Shown: positions 12,850 through 25,927 of the stretch, one piece after another
Numbering within the stretch: position 1 is the stretch's first letter
Layout of the letters: each line of letters opens with the position of its first letter
Assembly: GCF_006345805.1 (NCBI RefSeq)
Contig: NC_043002.1
Coordinates: forward strand, 110,236,001 to 110,300,000
Origin: Octopus sinensis
Lineage: Eukaryota
Direction of reading: 5' to 3'
Length of the DNA: 64,000 bases
Made by a program: the position numbers and the translations under genes
The notes under the pieces: generated by a model
What the model saw: the letters and a program-made list of their open reading frames with translations, nothing else
What the model was told of the DNA's origin: nothing
Database searches by the model: none

Positions 12850-13450
12850 AGAAAAATTAGCACCTTTGACACCTGCTTCTCTTCACTTTCAATCAAGGTT
12901 CCAAAGCTGATAAAACCATTTGAGATATTTGTGCTGTGTATGGAGGAGTTGCTATTAATGAAAGAGCTGCACAGAAATGACTTTAACACTTCAAAGAGAG
13001 AAAAATTCAACTTGACAGACTCCCCATATTTTAACCAATCTGTACAGTCCAATGATGATTGATTGAACAAACTCATTCACAAGGACCCTTAGTAGATGGG
13101 ATGCTCTCATGATATTGTTTGCCTGTTACCTGCACTCAACGAGTAAGGTCTATTCAGGTGAAACAACTGACTGGTGACATGACATGCTTCTTAAACACAA
13201 CGCTCACTTCGTGCCGCTAATTTTGACCAAAAGCTTGGGTGGACAGTTCTATCACACTCACAATATTCTCTCAATAGAGTGTCTTCAGATTATTACCTTT
13301 CATGTTTGCTATCCAATAATCTGAAGGGCATTTCATTCAATGACATGGAGCTGAAAATGTAGATTGATGAATCCTTCAACTTAAGACATCTGCTATCAAA
13401 GTATAGGACAAGCTAGTTGAATGTTGGCAAGAAGTCATGAACAAGGAAAG
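12850..13450 (+). mobile_element. Highly decayed mariner transposase remnant
   Basis: GWTVLSHSQYSL...SDYYL...LSNNLKGISFND (~13235-13345) corresponds to the mariner GWEVLPHPPYSPDLAPSDYHLF...L region. Confidence 0.6.
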
Positions 13451-13454
13451 AAAA

Positions 13455-13853
13455 TCTTTATATATAAAAGTGAAGTTGTGTGTCTGTCTCCTACGATTTA
13501 GATTTCTAACTACTCCCACATTTTGTGGTGCAGTTTAACCAAAACCGGGTATCTTATAGTCGTGATTCATATCAAGCCCTTCTGGGTATTAGCGCGCGTC
13601 TACGATGAGTCTACGATTTAAAAAAAAATTTACCATCACTTTTTTCCATTTTAATGCATTATTTTCGCTATTATATAAGGGAAGTAACTCTCTAAAAATG
13701 TCTACGATGAGTCAACGATTTAAAAAAAAATTTACCATAATTTATTTTCCATTTTTAATGCATTTTTTTGCTATTTTTTGGCTATAACTCTCTAAAAATG
13801 CTTATATAGTTATTTCCCTTACAAACCCGAGCAACGCCGGGCGATACTGCTAG
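13455..13853 (+). mobile_element. Non-autonomous Helitron
   Basis: A|TC 5' end, 3' hairpin cccgagcaacgccggg followed by CTAG|T, and no TSD. Five copies occur in the window. Confidence 0.85.
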
Positions 13854-14213
13854 TATATTATATAACAATGAAAGCGAATATTATTGACTGATTTATTAAA
13901 ATTAGTGATGGAAAATAGGGATTAAAATAAATGGGAAAAAATGAATTAATTATCTGTCAACCCAATACATAACACACATACATAAAACAAGTGGTGGGTC
14001 GGTGCAGAATTTGGAAAAGAAGAAATGTTTTTCTCTGAAAGGAACTGATGTTTCCTGAAGTGTGATGCACCATGGCAGGACAACATACCAGACATCAAGA
14101 AGTATTTAATGGAGTGGCCGGTTTTACACTGCTCCTTAAATACACTTACATGCTCAATTTGAAGCTAGTGTTTGCAATAATATGAAAACAAAAATTAACA
14201 TTTAACTAACAAT

Positions 14214-14620
14214 AGGCGCAGGAGTGGCTGTGTGGTAAGTAGCTTGCTAACCAACCACATGGTTCCGGGTTCAGTCCCACTGCGTGGCATCTTGGGTAAG
14301 TGTCTTCTGCTATAGTCCTGTGCCGACCAATGCCTTGTGAGTGGATTTGGTATACGGAAACTGAAAGAAGCCTGTCGTATATATGTGTATATATATATGT
14401 ATGTTTGTGTTTGTGTGTCTGTGTTTGTCCCCCTAGCATTGCTCGACAACCGATGCTGGTGTGTTTACGTCTCTGTCACTTAGCGGTTCGGCAAAAGAGA
14501 CCGATAGAATAAGTACTGGGCTTACAAAGAATAAGTCCTGGGGTCGATTTGCTCGACGAAAGGCGGTGCTCCAGCATGGCCGCAGTCAAATGACTGAAAC
14601 AAGTAAAAGAGTAAAAGAGT
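14214..14620 (+). mobile_element. tRNA-derived SINE family 1
   Basis: Full-length family match. Confidence 0.9.
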
Positions 14621-15267
14621 ATTCACTAAAAAGGGATTTGTTATGTTATTAGAGTCTGTAACTTCAAAATTTCACTGACACAATGATCACGAGAAAGTTG
14701 GTAGCTAGTATACATATAGAAAATGGGAAGAATTGAATATTAAGAGGATGGCTATAGAGTTTAGGAGTTGCTGAGATAAACAAAGGCAGATGATTAAAGA
14801 GTTACAGAAATAGAAAGATAGGAAGAATTTGCGTGAAAATTGGCAGAAGAGGGAAGACCAATACAACATCAGATGCAAAGGTTCATTATAAAAGCACAAT
14901 AAGATATATGTATATATACAAAAACTTGTACACAGGTTCATAGATTCATGTGTGCATGCAACTCACACAACCATTTAGTAAAAATATATGAAGGTTATGA
15001 TGAAATATATCGAGAGATTTTTTTTTATTCTGTGAAGAAGATTAGGTTGATTGGAACAAAACAAGAGATTCAAAGATATAGTGCAAGATGAAAAAAAAAA
15101 AAAAGGAACATCACATATAGCAACAAGTTCACACACAACATTGTTTGTGTTCACAAGAATGGATAAGCAAAAAGTGTTCATGAGAAATTAGCAAGATAAA
15201 TCAAGAAACAAATATTGCAAGCATAGAATGATGTCTCTGTCATAATACTTGTGTTCATGCATGTGCG

Positions 15268-15416
15268 TTTGTGTGTGTGTGTGTGCACGCGCATGCATGA
15301 GTGCTATCTGTGTGTGTGTGTGTGTGTGTGTGTGTCTGTGTGTGTGTGTTGTGTGGTGTGTGTGTGTGTGGTGTGTGTGTGTGTGTGTCTCTCTGTGTGT
15401 GTGTGTGTGTGGTTTG

Positions 15417-15451
<35 letters not shown>

Positions 15452-15461
15452 GTCTGTTGTG

Positions 15462-15513
<52 letters not shown>

Positions 15514-15695
15514 AGTGTGTTTGTGTGTGTGTGTGTGTATGTGTGTGTGTATGTGTGTGTATGTGTGTGTGTGTGTTTGTGGTGTGTGTGTGTGTATTTG
15601 TGTGTGTGTGCGTGTGTGTGTGCATGTGTGTGTGTTTTTGTGTTTGTGCATGTGTGTGTGTGTGTTTTTTTTTTGTGTGTGTGTGTGTGTGTGTG
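15268..15695. repeat. Long imperfect (TG)n microsatellite
   Basis: Seen directly in the sequence. Confidence 0.95.
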
Positions 15696-15907
15696 CATGC
15701 CAACAGTTGTGTGGATTTATTTTGCAACTATTCAACTCGGTTGAAATGATAAAGAATTACTTTGCTTATAGATTTTACTAAGCTCCGAATGAATCTTTCT
15801 GTGACAAATGAGCATGCTAAAAGTATCAATTGTGATTGGCTGGAGATAACCACAAACATAATGTAATCATGTAAGTTCCCTGCAAATTCTCTGATATGTT
15901 CATGTAT

Positions 15908-17115
15908 CAGGTCATCCCATAAGTTCTATCCAAATTTTGAGTAAAGAAAACAAGTGATCAAATGTTATATTTAATTGAAATTTAATCATCAATGTACTTT
16001 CCCTGATTCTCTATGACTTCCTTCCATCTATTTACAAGCTTTTTAATCGCATCAATGTAAAACTCTTTTGGTTTCAAAGCGAAGAACTCTGAAGTGTCAG
16101 TTTCAACCTCCTCCTGGCTTGCGAAAGTTATGTCCCCCAAATGATTCTGTAAACTACGAAACAAATGGTAGTTTGAAGGAGCAAGGTTGGAAGAATAAGG
16201 TGGATGAGGAATTTTTTCCCAACCAAGCTCTTCAATCTTTGTAGTGCGGCGTCGTGAATTGTCCTGATGAAACAACACTCCTTTTCAATTCACTAAAGCA
16301 CGTCTTTTTTTTTCCTTCAAAGCTTGGTTCAAACACTGTAATTGCTGACAGTAGACTTGAGCATTGATTGTTGCATTAGGTGGTAACAATTCAAAGTGAA
16401 TTACTCCTTTGCAATCCCACAAGATAGAGAGAAGAAATCTTTTTTCCATGAAGTTCCCTTCTCGGTTGTGATTGAGCTTTTTCCCTTTTACCAAGCCACT
16501 GTTTACAACGTTTAACATTTCGATAGAAGACCCATTTTTCGTCACCAGTCTATCCAAAAAGGGTGAAATGAGGTCATGAGAATGGAGAGAAGAACAGATG
16601 TCAACTCAGGGTTTGCAGTTGCTTTTGGACAATTCATGAGGCAGCTATTCTCCAAGTTTAGGGACCTTTCCAAGTTGTTGAAGATGATGATGAACATTTG
16701 ATGGTTGGAATTAAGCTTTATTGCCAATTCTTCAACTGATAATGCAGAATTTTCTTCAAGTAATGCCTCAAGGAGCTTATCATCAAACTCAACAGGACGT
16801 CCTGTTCGATCTTCATCTTCAAGGCTGAAATCTCCACTTTCGAATTTTGCAAACCATCTTCTGCAAGTTCTTTCATTCAAGCATTCTTTCACATAAACTG
16901 AGTGTATGTTTCAAGTCACTTCGGCTGCAGAGTTTCCTTTTTTGTACCCATAAAGCACTATGTGCCTTAAATGCTCTTTAGATACTTCCATGTTAGAAAA
17001 GGGTTTTAATCAAAGAAATTTTAATTCTATTATTCTGTAAAATAATATTTAATTAGTTTAAATGTACACAAATGCATGAAAATAACTTTTAATTCCATTA
17101 GACATTCTAAAATAC
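15908..17115 (-). mobile_element. Mariner (Tc1/mariner DD34D-type) transposon with frameshifted transposase 16991-15982
   Basis: N-terminal HTH segment RRWFAKFESGDFSLEDEDRTGRP, then ILWDCKGVIHFELL, FHQDNSR and LGWEKIPHPPYSSNLAPSNYHLFRSLQ...RWKEVIENQGKYI. Confidence 0.92.
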
Positions 17116-17149
17116 TATTAAATTTCATTCAATTTTAAAAAAGGTAAAA

Positions 17150-18180
17150 TTGGGAAAACCTGAGGAACAAAGGAGAGATTGGAAGAAAAGGGATATGGCC
17201 CAAAAGGAAAGAAAAAATACTGGCATACATAATCCCTACACACAAAACATATGGAAGAAACCAAACAAAAAGTACAAAGATTCTGAAGTCCTATGGTATA
17301 ATTCATTTTTGGACTCCAAATATCATCCAAGATTGGTAAGCAATTCATTGCACCATTAAATAGATGCTTTCCTAAAACACATAAATACTACCATTTATTC
17401 AACAAACACAGTGAAATTATCGTATGCAACATCTCACAACATGGAGTACTACATACACAAATACAACAACCAGAAATTGAACACACAAACAACGTCTGCT
17501 GGTAGAGAACAAGCAAATCAAAACTACACAGAATTTAACACCAATAACCAAAATAAACAACAGATAGACTGCAAAATCTCAGAGAGCATAAAAGACGGTG
17601 ACAATATAGTTGAAATATATAATCTAAAAGATCCAACAAAACAGATTACTGATTAAACAAAGCCTCAGGTACTAGAAATCAAACGGAACATCATGAAAAC
17701 AGAATCAAAAAGCCACCAGATAAACATAAGAATGATAAGAATATGATTCAATGCACATGCCGTAGAAAATCCGCATGTCCGCTCCTGAACCAATGTGCTC
17801 AAAAAAACATTGTACTATAATGCATAATCTATAATCTCAACATATTTACATGACAATAAGTGCCACTGAAAACCAATTTAAAAGTCCGTTATTGAAACCA
17901 CATCTTGTTATTTCTGAAAAATAGACGGCACATGACCCGCTGGCAGACTTCATATGGGGGGGACTGGAAGAATCAAAAATTAAAGACCAAATAGAATGGC
18001 CAAAAATTAAAAAACGCACATCCATGTACTTCACTATCCGGCAAATGTGACCCTTGCCTTGAGGAAGCACTGAGTATTCTACTGAGTAATGAAAATCTAG
18101 TGAATAATCATGATGAGAAAATTGCTACATGTAACCACTGTGCCAAATATGCATTTTCCAGAAGGAACAGTGTGTAAAGT
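17150..18180 (+). mobile_element. Penelope-like element remnant (RT C-terminus and GIY-YIG-associated Cys motifs)
   Basis: FPKTHKYYHLFNKHTVKLSYATSHNM, then CTCRRKSACPLLNQC and C-terminal ...EEALSILL...ATCNH. Multiple stops. Confidence 0.75.
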
Positions 18181-18410
18181 ATAATTATTATTATTATTCT
18201 ATCTCGCTAAAACTATTTTTTTACCGCCTTCATCTATGTATAGGAGTGTATTTATGATGGAGCATTCAGCAATATAACTATGTAGATATAACTATGTACG
18301 TGGAAATGAGTAGATAACTGTATAAGCGTCCATGAATAGATGTGAATGTGTTTATTGATATGTAGGCGAGTATATGTATGCGTATGTGCATCTGAATATA
18401 TGTACATATA

Positions 18411-18789
18411 TCTTTATATATAAAAGTGAGGTTGTGTGCTGTCTGTCTCCTACAATTTAGATTCCTAACTACTCCCACATTTGCGGTGCGTTTAACCAAA
18501 TGGGGTATCTTATAGTCGTGATTCATATCGAGCCCTTCTGGGTATTAGAGCGATCTACAATGAGTCTACAATTTAAAAAAAAATTTACCATCAATTTTTC
18601 ACATTTTTAATGCATTTTTTGGCATATATAAGGGAAGTAACTCTCTAAAAATTATTATTAAATCTCAGAAGTAACACCCCCCACTTTGTGGTTAGCCAAT
18701 TTGAGATGGCTGTTATACTTTACATCTCTAAAAATGCTTATATAGTTATTTCCCTTACAAACCCGAGCAACGCCGGGCGATACTGCTAG
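18411..18789 (+). mobile_element. Non-autonomous Helitron (variant with captured fragment)
   Basis: TC...hairpin-CTAG ends, plus an extra segment gtggttagccaatttgagatggct. Confidence 0.85.
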
Positions 18790-19145
18790 TATTTTATATA
18801 TGTGCATGTATGTGTGTACGTGTCTGTGTGTAAGTGTATGTGTGTGTGTGTGTGTGTATGTATGTAAACACTCGGTGATGAATGGTACATCAGTGTGCAA
18901 GTGATTGTATAAGTATGAGCTAATGGATGAATGTATTTTTCGTGACGGTACAGTTTGGCATGTGCAGAATAACATGTTGAAACTGAATAAACAGACAACA
19001 TGTGCATTGCAGCACATGTCGAACGTGATAACACACTCATACCGCGAGGGAATTGAAACTGTCAGCAGTTGTTAGTTTCAAAGAAGAAGCCATGGATGTT
19101 GTAGTATGGAAATCTAGATTTACTTACAGAGACAGCAACTGAGTA

Positions 19146-19265
19146 TCGCCTGAGGAGATACAGGTAGATCTTTTTATACAGGTAAATTGTAATATAATTT
19201 AATTTAAAATCAACTTAAACCCGGTATATATGAGGATCGGTAGCACCGAAACATTTTGTAGCAAT
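19146..19265 (+). ncRNA. Degenerate type I hammerhead with long stem II insertion
   Basis: tcgc-CTGAGGA (19150-19156)...~90 nt...GAAA-ca-ttt-tg-TA-gcaa (19248-19264). Confidence 0.35.
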
Positions 19266-19520
19266 TAAAAAGCTGCCTAAATGTACTAGCTCTTCTTGTG
19301 ACTCATTTTACTTTTGACTTTTTATTGTTATATATATATAATATACTATATTATACCTATATATATATAATATTATATATATAATATATATATCTATATA
19401 GATATATATATAATATATATATATATAGATTATAATATATATATATATAATATATATATATATATACTATATATATATATAATATATATATTATATATAT
19501 ATATATATATTATATATATC

Positions 19521-19551
<31 letters not shown>

Positions 19552-19563
19552 ATATATATATAT

Positions 19564-19970
19564 AGGCGCAGGAGGAGTGGCTGTGTGGTAAGTAGCCTTG
19601 CTAACCAACCACATGTTCCGGGTTAGTCCCAATGCATGGCATCTTGGGCAAAGTGTCTTCTGCTATAGCCCTGGGCCGACCAATGCCTTGTGAGTGGATT
19701 TGGTAGGCAGAACTGAAAGAAGGCCTGTAATATATGTACTTTATGTGTATGTGTGTATTTGTGTGGTCTGTGTTTGTCCCACTAGCATTGTTTGACAACC
19801 GATGCTGGTGTGTTTACGTCCACGTCGCTTAGCGGTTCGGCAAAAAGAGGCCGATAGAATAAGTACTGGGCTTACAAAGAATAAGTTCCAGGGTTGATTT
19901 GCTCAACTAAAGGCGGTGCTCCAGCATGGCTGCAGTCAAATGACTGAAACAAGTAAAAGATAAAAGAAAG
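19564..19970 (+). mobile_element. tRNA-derived SINE family 1
   Basis: Family match with many small indels, preceded by an (AT)n tract at 19328-19563. Confidence 0.85.
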
Positions 19971-20749
19971 AAGAAGATATGATGATACACCTATTCCGTT
20001 TGAAGACCCTGGCTGTAAAATACGAATCTCAGAGGATGAAAAATTTCAAAGAGATTTTAACCTTTCAACTTGTTACCTACATTCCATTGTATTTCTGCGA
20101 GTACTCATCATAAAGCCTTATTATTATTTCCCCTCTATTCTGTCTTATTCTGTCTATTTCAGCACCATGCCATCATGTAAATATAGTTCTATAGTTTCGT
20201 CTTACTTATTGACGTCTAAGATAACTTTAGCTCATGCATTTCAGTTCTATATTTTCGTCTTACTCTTTTCCTAATCTGCAACATATTCTTTCGCTCATCT
20301 ATGAAAATTTATCACACAATCACACAGTCATTCGTCTCTAATTTTGTCCTTCTTCAAATCCCGGAACCATTCCGCCCACGTGTCGTGACCCCACCCCACC
20401 GCCTCACTATGTGCCTATCTCTCTATCTATCTAAAGGTGGTGCTCCAGCATGGCCGCAGTCAAATGATTGAAACAAGTAAAAGAGTAAAAGAGTAACAGG
20501 TAACCTTGCATGTCACACAATATTATGGCAAGGGACAGACAAAGTATCATGGATGTCTGAACTATGCCCTGCCTCTCTCAAATCAGAGAGAGAGAGAGAA
20601 AAAAACAATAAAGATAAAAGGTGTGGAAGTAGAACATTGGCCAAACTGATAGATCATCCTGAGGTTGATGACCCAAAACATACCACACTGGACATTGGAG
20701 TGGAGAGTGAAACCCACTACCAAGCTTGTTGTAGCATTTTAAAGTGTTT

Positions 20750-20756
20750 ACACACA

Positions 20757-20804
<48 letters not shown>

Positions 20805-20818
20805 ACACACACACAAAC

Positions 20819-20869
<51 letters not shown>

Positions 20870-20887
20870 CACACACAAACACACACC

Positions 20888-20969
<82 letters not shown>

Positions 20970-20975
20970 CACACA

Positions 20976-21020
<45 letters not shown>

Positions 21021-21085
21021 AACACACAACACACACACACACACAAACACATACACACACACACACACAAAACAACACACACACA

Positions 21086-21123
<38 letters not shown>

Positions 21124-21147
21124 ACACACACACACACACACAAACAC
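20750..21147. repeat. Long imperfect (CA)n microsatellite
   Basis: Seen directly in the sequence. Confidence 0.95.
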
Positions 21148-21262
21148 ATGACAGGCTTTTTTAGTTTCTGCCTACCAAATCCACTCACAAGACTTTGGTC
21201 ATTCCAGACTATATGGGAAGACACTTGTCCATGTGTATGTGTGTGTGTGTGTGTGTATATAT

Positions 21263-21428
21263 AGGCACAGGAGTGGCTGTGTGGTAAGTAGCTTGCTAAC
21301 CAACCACATGGTTCCGGGTTCAGTCCCACTGCGTGGCATCTTGGGCAAATGTCTTCTGCTATAGCCCCAGGCCGACCAATGCCTTGTGAGTGGATTTGGT
21401 AGACGGAAACTGAAAGAAGCCTGTTGTA

Positions 21429-21467
<39 letters not shown>

Positions 21468-21700
21468 ATGTGTATGTGTTTTGGTGTTCTGTGTTTGTCC
21501 CCCAGCATTGCTTGACAACTGATGCTGGTGTGTTTACGTCCCCGTACTTAGCGGTTCAGCAAAAGAGACCGATAGAATAAGTACTAGGCTTACAAAGAAT
21601 AAGTCCCGAGGTTGATTTGCTCAACTAAAGGCGGTGCTCCAGCATGGCCGCAGTCAAAATGACTGAAACAAGTAAAAGAGTAAAAGAGTAAAAAGAGAGT
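21263..21700 (+). mobile_element. tRNA-derived SINE family 1
   Basis: Full-length family match. Confidence 0.9.
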
Positions 21701-22030
21701 ATATATATACATACATATATACACATACACACTCACACACATGAAAGTAGCATTAATTTTCTAGGTCATTCAATTTTTCTCAACTGATGAATGGGTCAAT
21801 TGAATAAACCTATCAATAACGAACCTATAATAACTACAGGAAACATCTGTAAGTCAAATTTACTACAATAAAGAATAATATATAAAGACCATTATCTATG
21901 CCTTATCTTATAAATATATACACACATATATATATATATACACACACACACACATAATATATATATACACATACACATATATATACACACACACACACAC
22001 ATATATATAATATTATATATATAATAGAAT

Positions 22031-22258
22031 TACCGGAGTAGGAGTAAACACATAAATGTGAAACAAGGTGGAAAAAAGAGTACTCAAATACCAGTGGTAG
22101 AGTAATATGCTTTATTTAAAGCAGCAGAAAATTCTACAAAACCTGTTACTCTGAGTTTCGCGTTGCCGTTCATCGGACAGTTGTTGTTAGAATCTGTCCG
22201 ATGAACGGCAACGCGAAACTCAGAGTAACAGGTTTTGTAGAATTTTCTGCTGCTTTAA
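22031..22258. mobile_element. PLE-type pseudo-LTR fragment with inverted duplication; minimal hammerhead motif on each strand (22143-22180 minus, 22194-22231 plus)
   Basis: ctgt-CCGATGA-acg-gcaa-cgc-GAAA-ctc-a-gag-TA-acag. Arms 22117-22180 and 22194-22258. Other copies at 29453-29605 and 51209-51290. Confidence 0.65.
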
Positions 22259-22732
22259 TAAACTATATATATATATATAATAATATAATATATAAGTAGT
22301 AGAAATGGCTAAAGAAAATTTTTTGGGCTGCTATTTCTAAAAATTTCAGTATGTGGCAAAGTAAATTATTTTACTGAGCCCTTAATTATATAAAGAATAT
22401 TCTGAATACGCCTTGAATGGTCCTTTTACATACTGAAAAATACTTGGTGAAATTAATTAATAACTAATTGATTTCACCCTTAATTATTGATATATAATAT
22501 ATATATATATATATATGTGATAAATAAAAATATATGCATACATACAAACATATATGTACGTACCTACATCTACATGTATATATACATGCATATATAAATA
22601 TTATACGTGAGTACAGGACATCACAATAAGACGTAGAGAAACGAAAAAACAAACAAAAAACAAAAACAAGAAAACGAAAAACGAAAAACAAGAAAACGAA
22701 AAACATACAGGACGAGCTACACAAGGACAAAA

Positions 22733-22792
22733 CCCCCGTCATCAGCTGTCGCTAGTGGAGTCAGGCATGTTTCGAAGGCATAGACAGAACAC
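22733..22792 (-). ncRNA. Candidate non-circularly permuted hammerhead ribozyme
   Basis: Minus strand reads gtGTT-ctgtc-tatg-ccttc-GAAA-cat...gacag-CTGATGA-cgggg. Stem I ctgtc/gacag, stem III gtgT/Acat. Confidence 0.55.
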
Positions 22793-23648
22793 TAATCCAA
22801 TAGGCCTTCCTGCGAGAGAATTAAAATAAAATTCCAAGCAGCGGGGCAAAATGAGTACGAACACAAACAAACGAAACGTAACATAGACTACAAAATTAAA
22901 ATACATGTACAAAAAATGCAATTAATTACAAAACGAAAAACGAAAAATAAAAAGAGAAATACGATACAGGAAATCAAACACATGAAGACGAACGAAAAAG
23001 CCTTTTTTGGCATAGACAAACAATAAAACTGCAAAAATAAAAATACACGTACAAAAAATACAATTAGTTACAAAACGAGAAAATAAAAAGAATACGATAC
23101 AGGAAATCAACCACACAAGGGGACGAACGAAAAAGCCTTTATGCTGGCGAAGACGAATGGTAAAGTATCAGCGCGTGGAGGCAGTCTTTTCAATAGTGAG
23201 AACCACGTGTAAAGGAATTTTGTTTTATAAGCTGGCAGTAAAGAAGAAGGAAGGAGGAGGGGGACAGGCGGCGAAGAGAGAGGAGGAGTGGGAGGGAGAG
23301 AGAATGAAGAGGTTAAAGCAAAGGGAGAGAGTTCCGCATCTTAAATATAATAATATAAAAAAAGGAACAAAGAAGTGGACCGAAACGACGAATCGGAATG
23401 AACCTGATGCGGGGCGCTGTCAGACAATAAGGTGATAAATAAAAATATATGCATACATACAACATATATGTACGTACCTACATCTACATGTATATATACA
23501 TGCATATATAAATATTATACGTGAGTACAGGACATCACAATAAGACGTAGAAACGGAAAAAACCAAAAAACACAAAACAAGAAAACGAAAAAAAACGAAA
23601 AACAAGAAAACGAAAAACAATTACAGGACGAGCTACACAAGGACAAAA

Positions 23649-23708
23649 CCCCCGTCATCAGCTGTCGCTAGTGGAGTCAGGCATGTTTCGAAGGCATAGA
23701 CAGAACAC
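23649..23708 (-). ncRNA. Candidate non-circularly permuted hammerhead ribozyme (second repeat copy)
   Basis: Identical to 22733-22792. Confidence 0.55.
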
Positions 23709-23928
23709 TAATCCAATAGGCCTTCCTGCGAGAGAATTAAAATAAAATATATTCATATATATATTTCATTATTAGCCATGGGAGCAGTATTAGTTCAGAA
23801 CAGCATTCCATATCTCCTATATATTACTTATAGATATACTATAGAAACCCACAGCACTGCAGTATTTGTCTTGAGAAAGTATCTCGTGCAGACATATTGT
23901 GCAAAACAACACAGATGTATATCAATGG

Positions 23929-24012
23929 CAGGGATGGCCTTAAGCCAATTAGACCAATTGCTTCCAATCGGGCCCCACACTCAAGGAGGCCACATTCCCA
24001 AGGCTGGCCCTG
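23929..24012. mobile_element. 84-bp hAT-type MITE
   Basis: TIRs cagggatggcctt / aaggctggccctg with 8-bp TSD atcaatgg (23921-23928, 24013-24020). Confidence 0.75.
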
Positions 24013-24081
24013 ATCAATGGAAGATGAAACATATCCAGCAGTATTGGTCCAATTCCAGCTATAGTATTTTTTAGAGCCATA

Positions 24082-24471
24082 TCTTTATATATAAAAGTCA
24101 AGTTGTGTGTCTGTCTCCTACGATTTAGATTCCTAACTACTCCCACATTTTGCGGTGCAGTTTAACCAAAACCGTGTATCTTATAGTCGTGATTCATATC
24201 GAGCCCTTCTGGGTATTAGCGCGCGTCTACGATGAGTCTACGATTTTAAAAAAAATTTACCATCCTTTTTTTCCATTTTAATGCATTTTTTTCGCTATTA
24301 TATAAGGGAAGTAACTCTCTAAAAATGTCTACGATGAGTCAACGATTTAAAAAAAAATTTACCATAATTTTTTTCCATTTTTTTGCTATTTTTTGGCTAT
24401 AACTCTCTAAAAATGCTTATATAGTTATTTCCCGAGCAACAAACCCGAGCAACGCCGGGCGATACTACTAG
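24082..24471 (+). mobile_element. Non-autonomous Helitron
   Basis: A|TC...hairpin-CTAG|T ends. Confidence 0.85.
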
Positions 24472-24699
24472 TATCTATATGAAATGCTTCTTTAAAGAAA
24501 ATACCATGGCTTTCAGCAGTATATCCACGTTAAGTAAGATATGCAGAATGCTTTCGACATATCTTTCTATAAACACTTGCCAATTACATCTTTCTTTGAA
24601 CAATTAAACTATTTCTTTCTTCTTGAGTTTTTACCTGAAGCTAATCATACTTATTGAAAAACTAATGATGTTGAGCACGACATTGTTATTGAATCTTAA

Positions 24700-24918
24700 C
24701 CCTTTCGTTACCAACCCGGCTGAACCAGCTCTGGTTCTGTAGTACAAATGTCTTGTTTTCATAAGTCTTGAATTAAAATCTTCTACCAAACCTTAGTCAC
24801 AATTTATGTCCTAACACTAGTTGAATGATAACTAAGTTATTTTACTAAATTCTTTGTTATATTTAAAGTAATTGAAAGAAACACAGAGCATCTCAAAATA
24901 AACACAGTAACAAAAGGA
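24700..24918. mobile_element. piggyBac-type MITE (right end decayed)
   Basis: TTAA|CCCTTTCGTTAC left end and partial inverse gtaacaaaagg at ~24907. Confidence 0.5.
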
Positions 24919-25343
24919 AATGTAACCATAGCAATTCTGTTTTTGTTGTGTTTGTGAAGAATAAATTCGATATTTTGCATCAAATTGATGTGCAGTGAGT
25001 CACTATATTTTTGCCTCAAGGAAACATTCTAACAATGTTGCACCAGCATTTTAAAATATATACTGATCATACAAAATCTTATCAATCAGGCAATGGTCTT
25101 CATGGGTCACAATCTGCACTTTCTTAATGTGATCATCACCAGGGATGGATTTATAGGGGGTAAAGGGAGCAACTGTTCTGGGACCCCTGATAGATACTGG
25201 TGTGTGTGTGTGTGGGGGGGGTCCCTGCTATGAAGAGTATACAACACTCAGCACAGGAAAGTCCTACCTCCCAGCAATCAGGCAAGAAGAGGCTCTCTTT
25301 CAGCATAGAAAGATATTTTGCCTTCTTAACGTAATGAATTCTC

Positions 25344-25927
25344 GAAAAACTGTATGCAAGCAATAATAATCTCTGAACGAGATGTAAACAGTAACTGCAC
25401 AACAATGTGAGGTATACTAGCCATCTCAATATGGCTAACCACTAAGTGTGGGTGTTACTGTAGCTTGTAGCCCCAGGAGATCATCGTCTCCAGCTGGCTT
25501 TAGGCACACTTTCTGTGCCCTTATGGTATTTGCAAAGGGAGGTCATCCCTCCTTCGTCAACCTAGGTGACATGCACGGACTGCAGTTTCTAGGTATTTGC
25601 CTGTCTTAAACGTACAGCAGTCACTGGATGTCGATGAAGGGAGTCCCAATGCAAATCCTTATATCGTTTTTCCAGTAACTTTTCGTCACTGATCTCGAAA
25701 AACTGTATGCAAGCAATAATAAATCTCTGAACGAGATGTAAACTGCACGACAATGTAAAGTATACTAGCCATCTCAATATGGCTAGCCACTAAGGGTGGG
25801 TGTTACCATAAGGGCACAGGAAGTGTGCCTAAGCCAGCTGGAGACGATGATCTCCTGGGTCTACAAGCTACAGTAACACACACCCTTAGTGGTTAGCCAT
25901 ATTGAGATGGCTAGTATACCTTACATT
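25344..25927 (-). mobile_element. Retrozyme-like insertion: ~1.3 tandem monomers (353-bp period) plus terminal inversion
   Basis: 13-bp TSD gtaatgaattctc (25331-25343, 25928-25940). Degenerate hammerhead at 25572-25616. 25803-25927 is an inverted copy of ~25403-25530. Confidence 0.7.

Larger units (their letters stand above)
22517..23748 (-). mobile_element. LTR-like element: two ~315-bp direct repeats (22517-22830, 23432-23748), each carrying a permuted hammerhead
   Basis: Near-identical direct repeats 916 bp apart flanking a non-coding interior. Confidence 0.7.

Noticed and set aside
15188-15781. His/Thr- and Cys/Val-rich ORFs (also 20553-21518, 8722-9029, 38333-38658)
   Set aside because: These are translations of (CA)n, (TG)n and (TA)n microsatellites.
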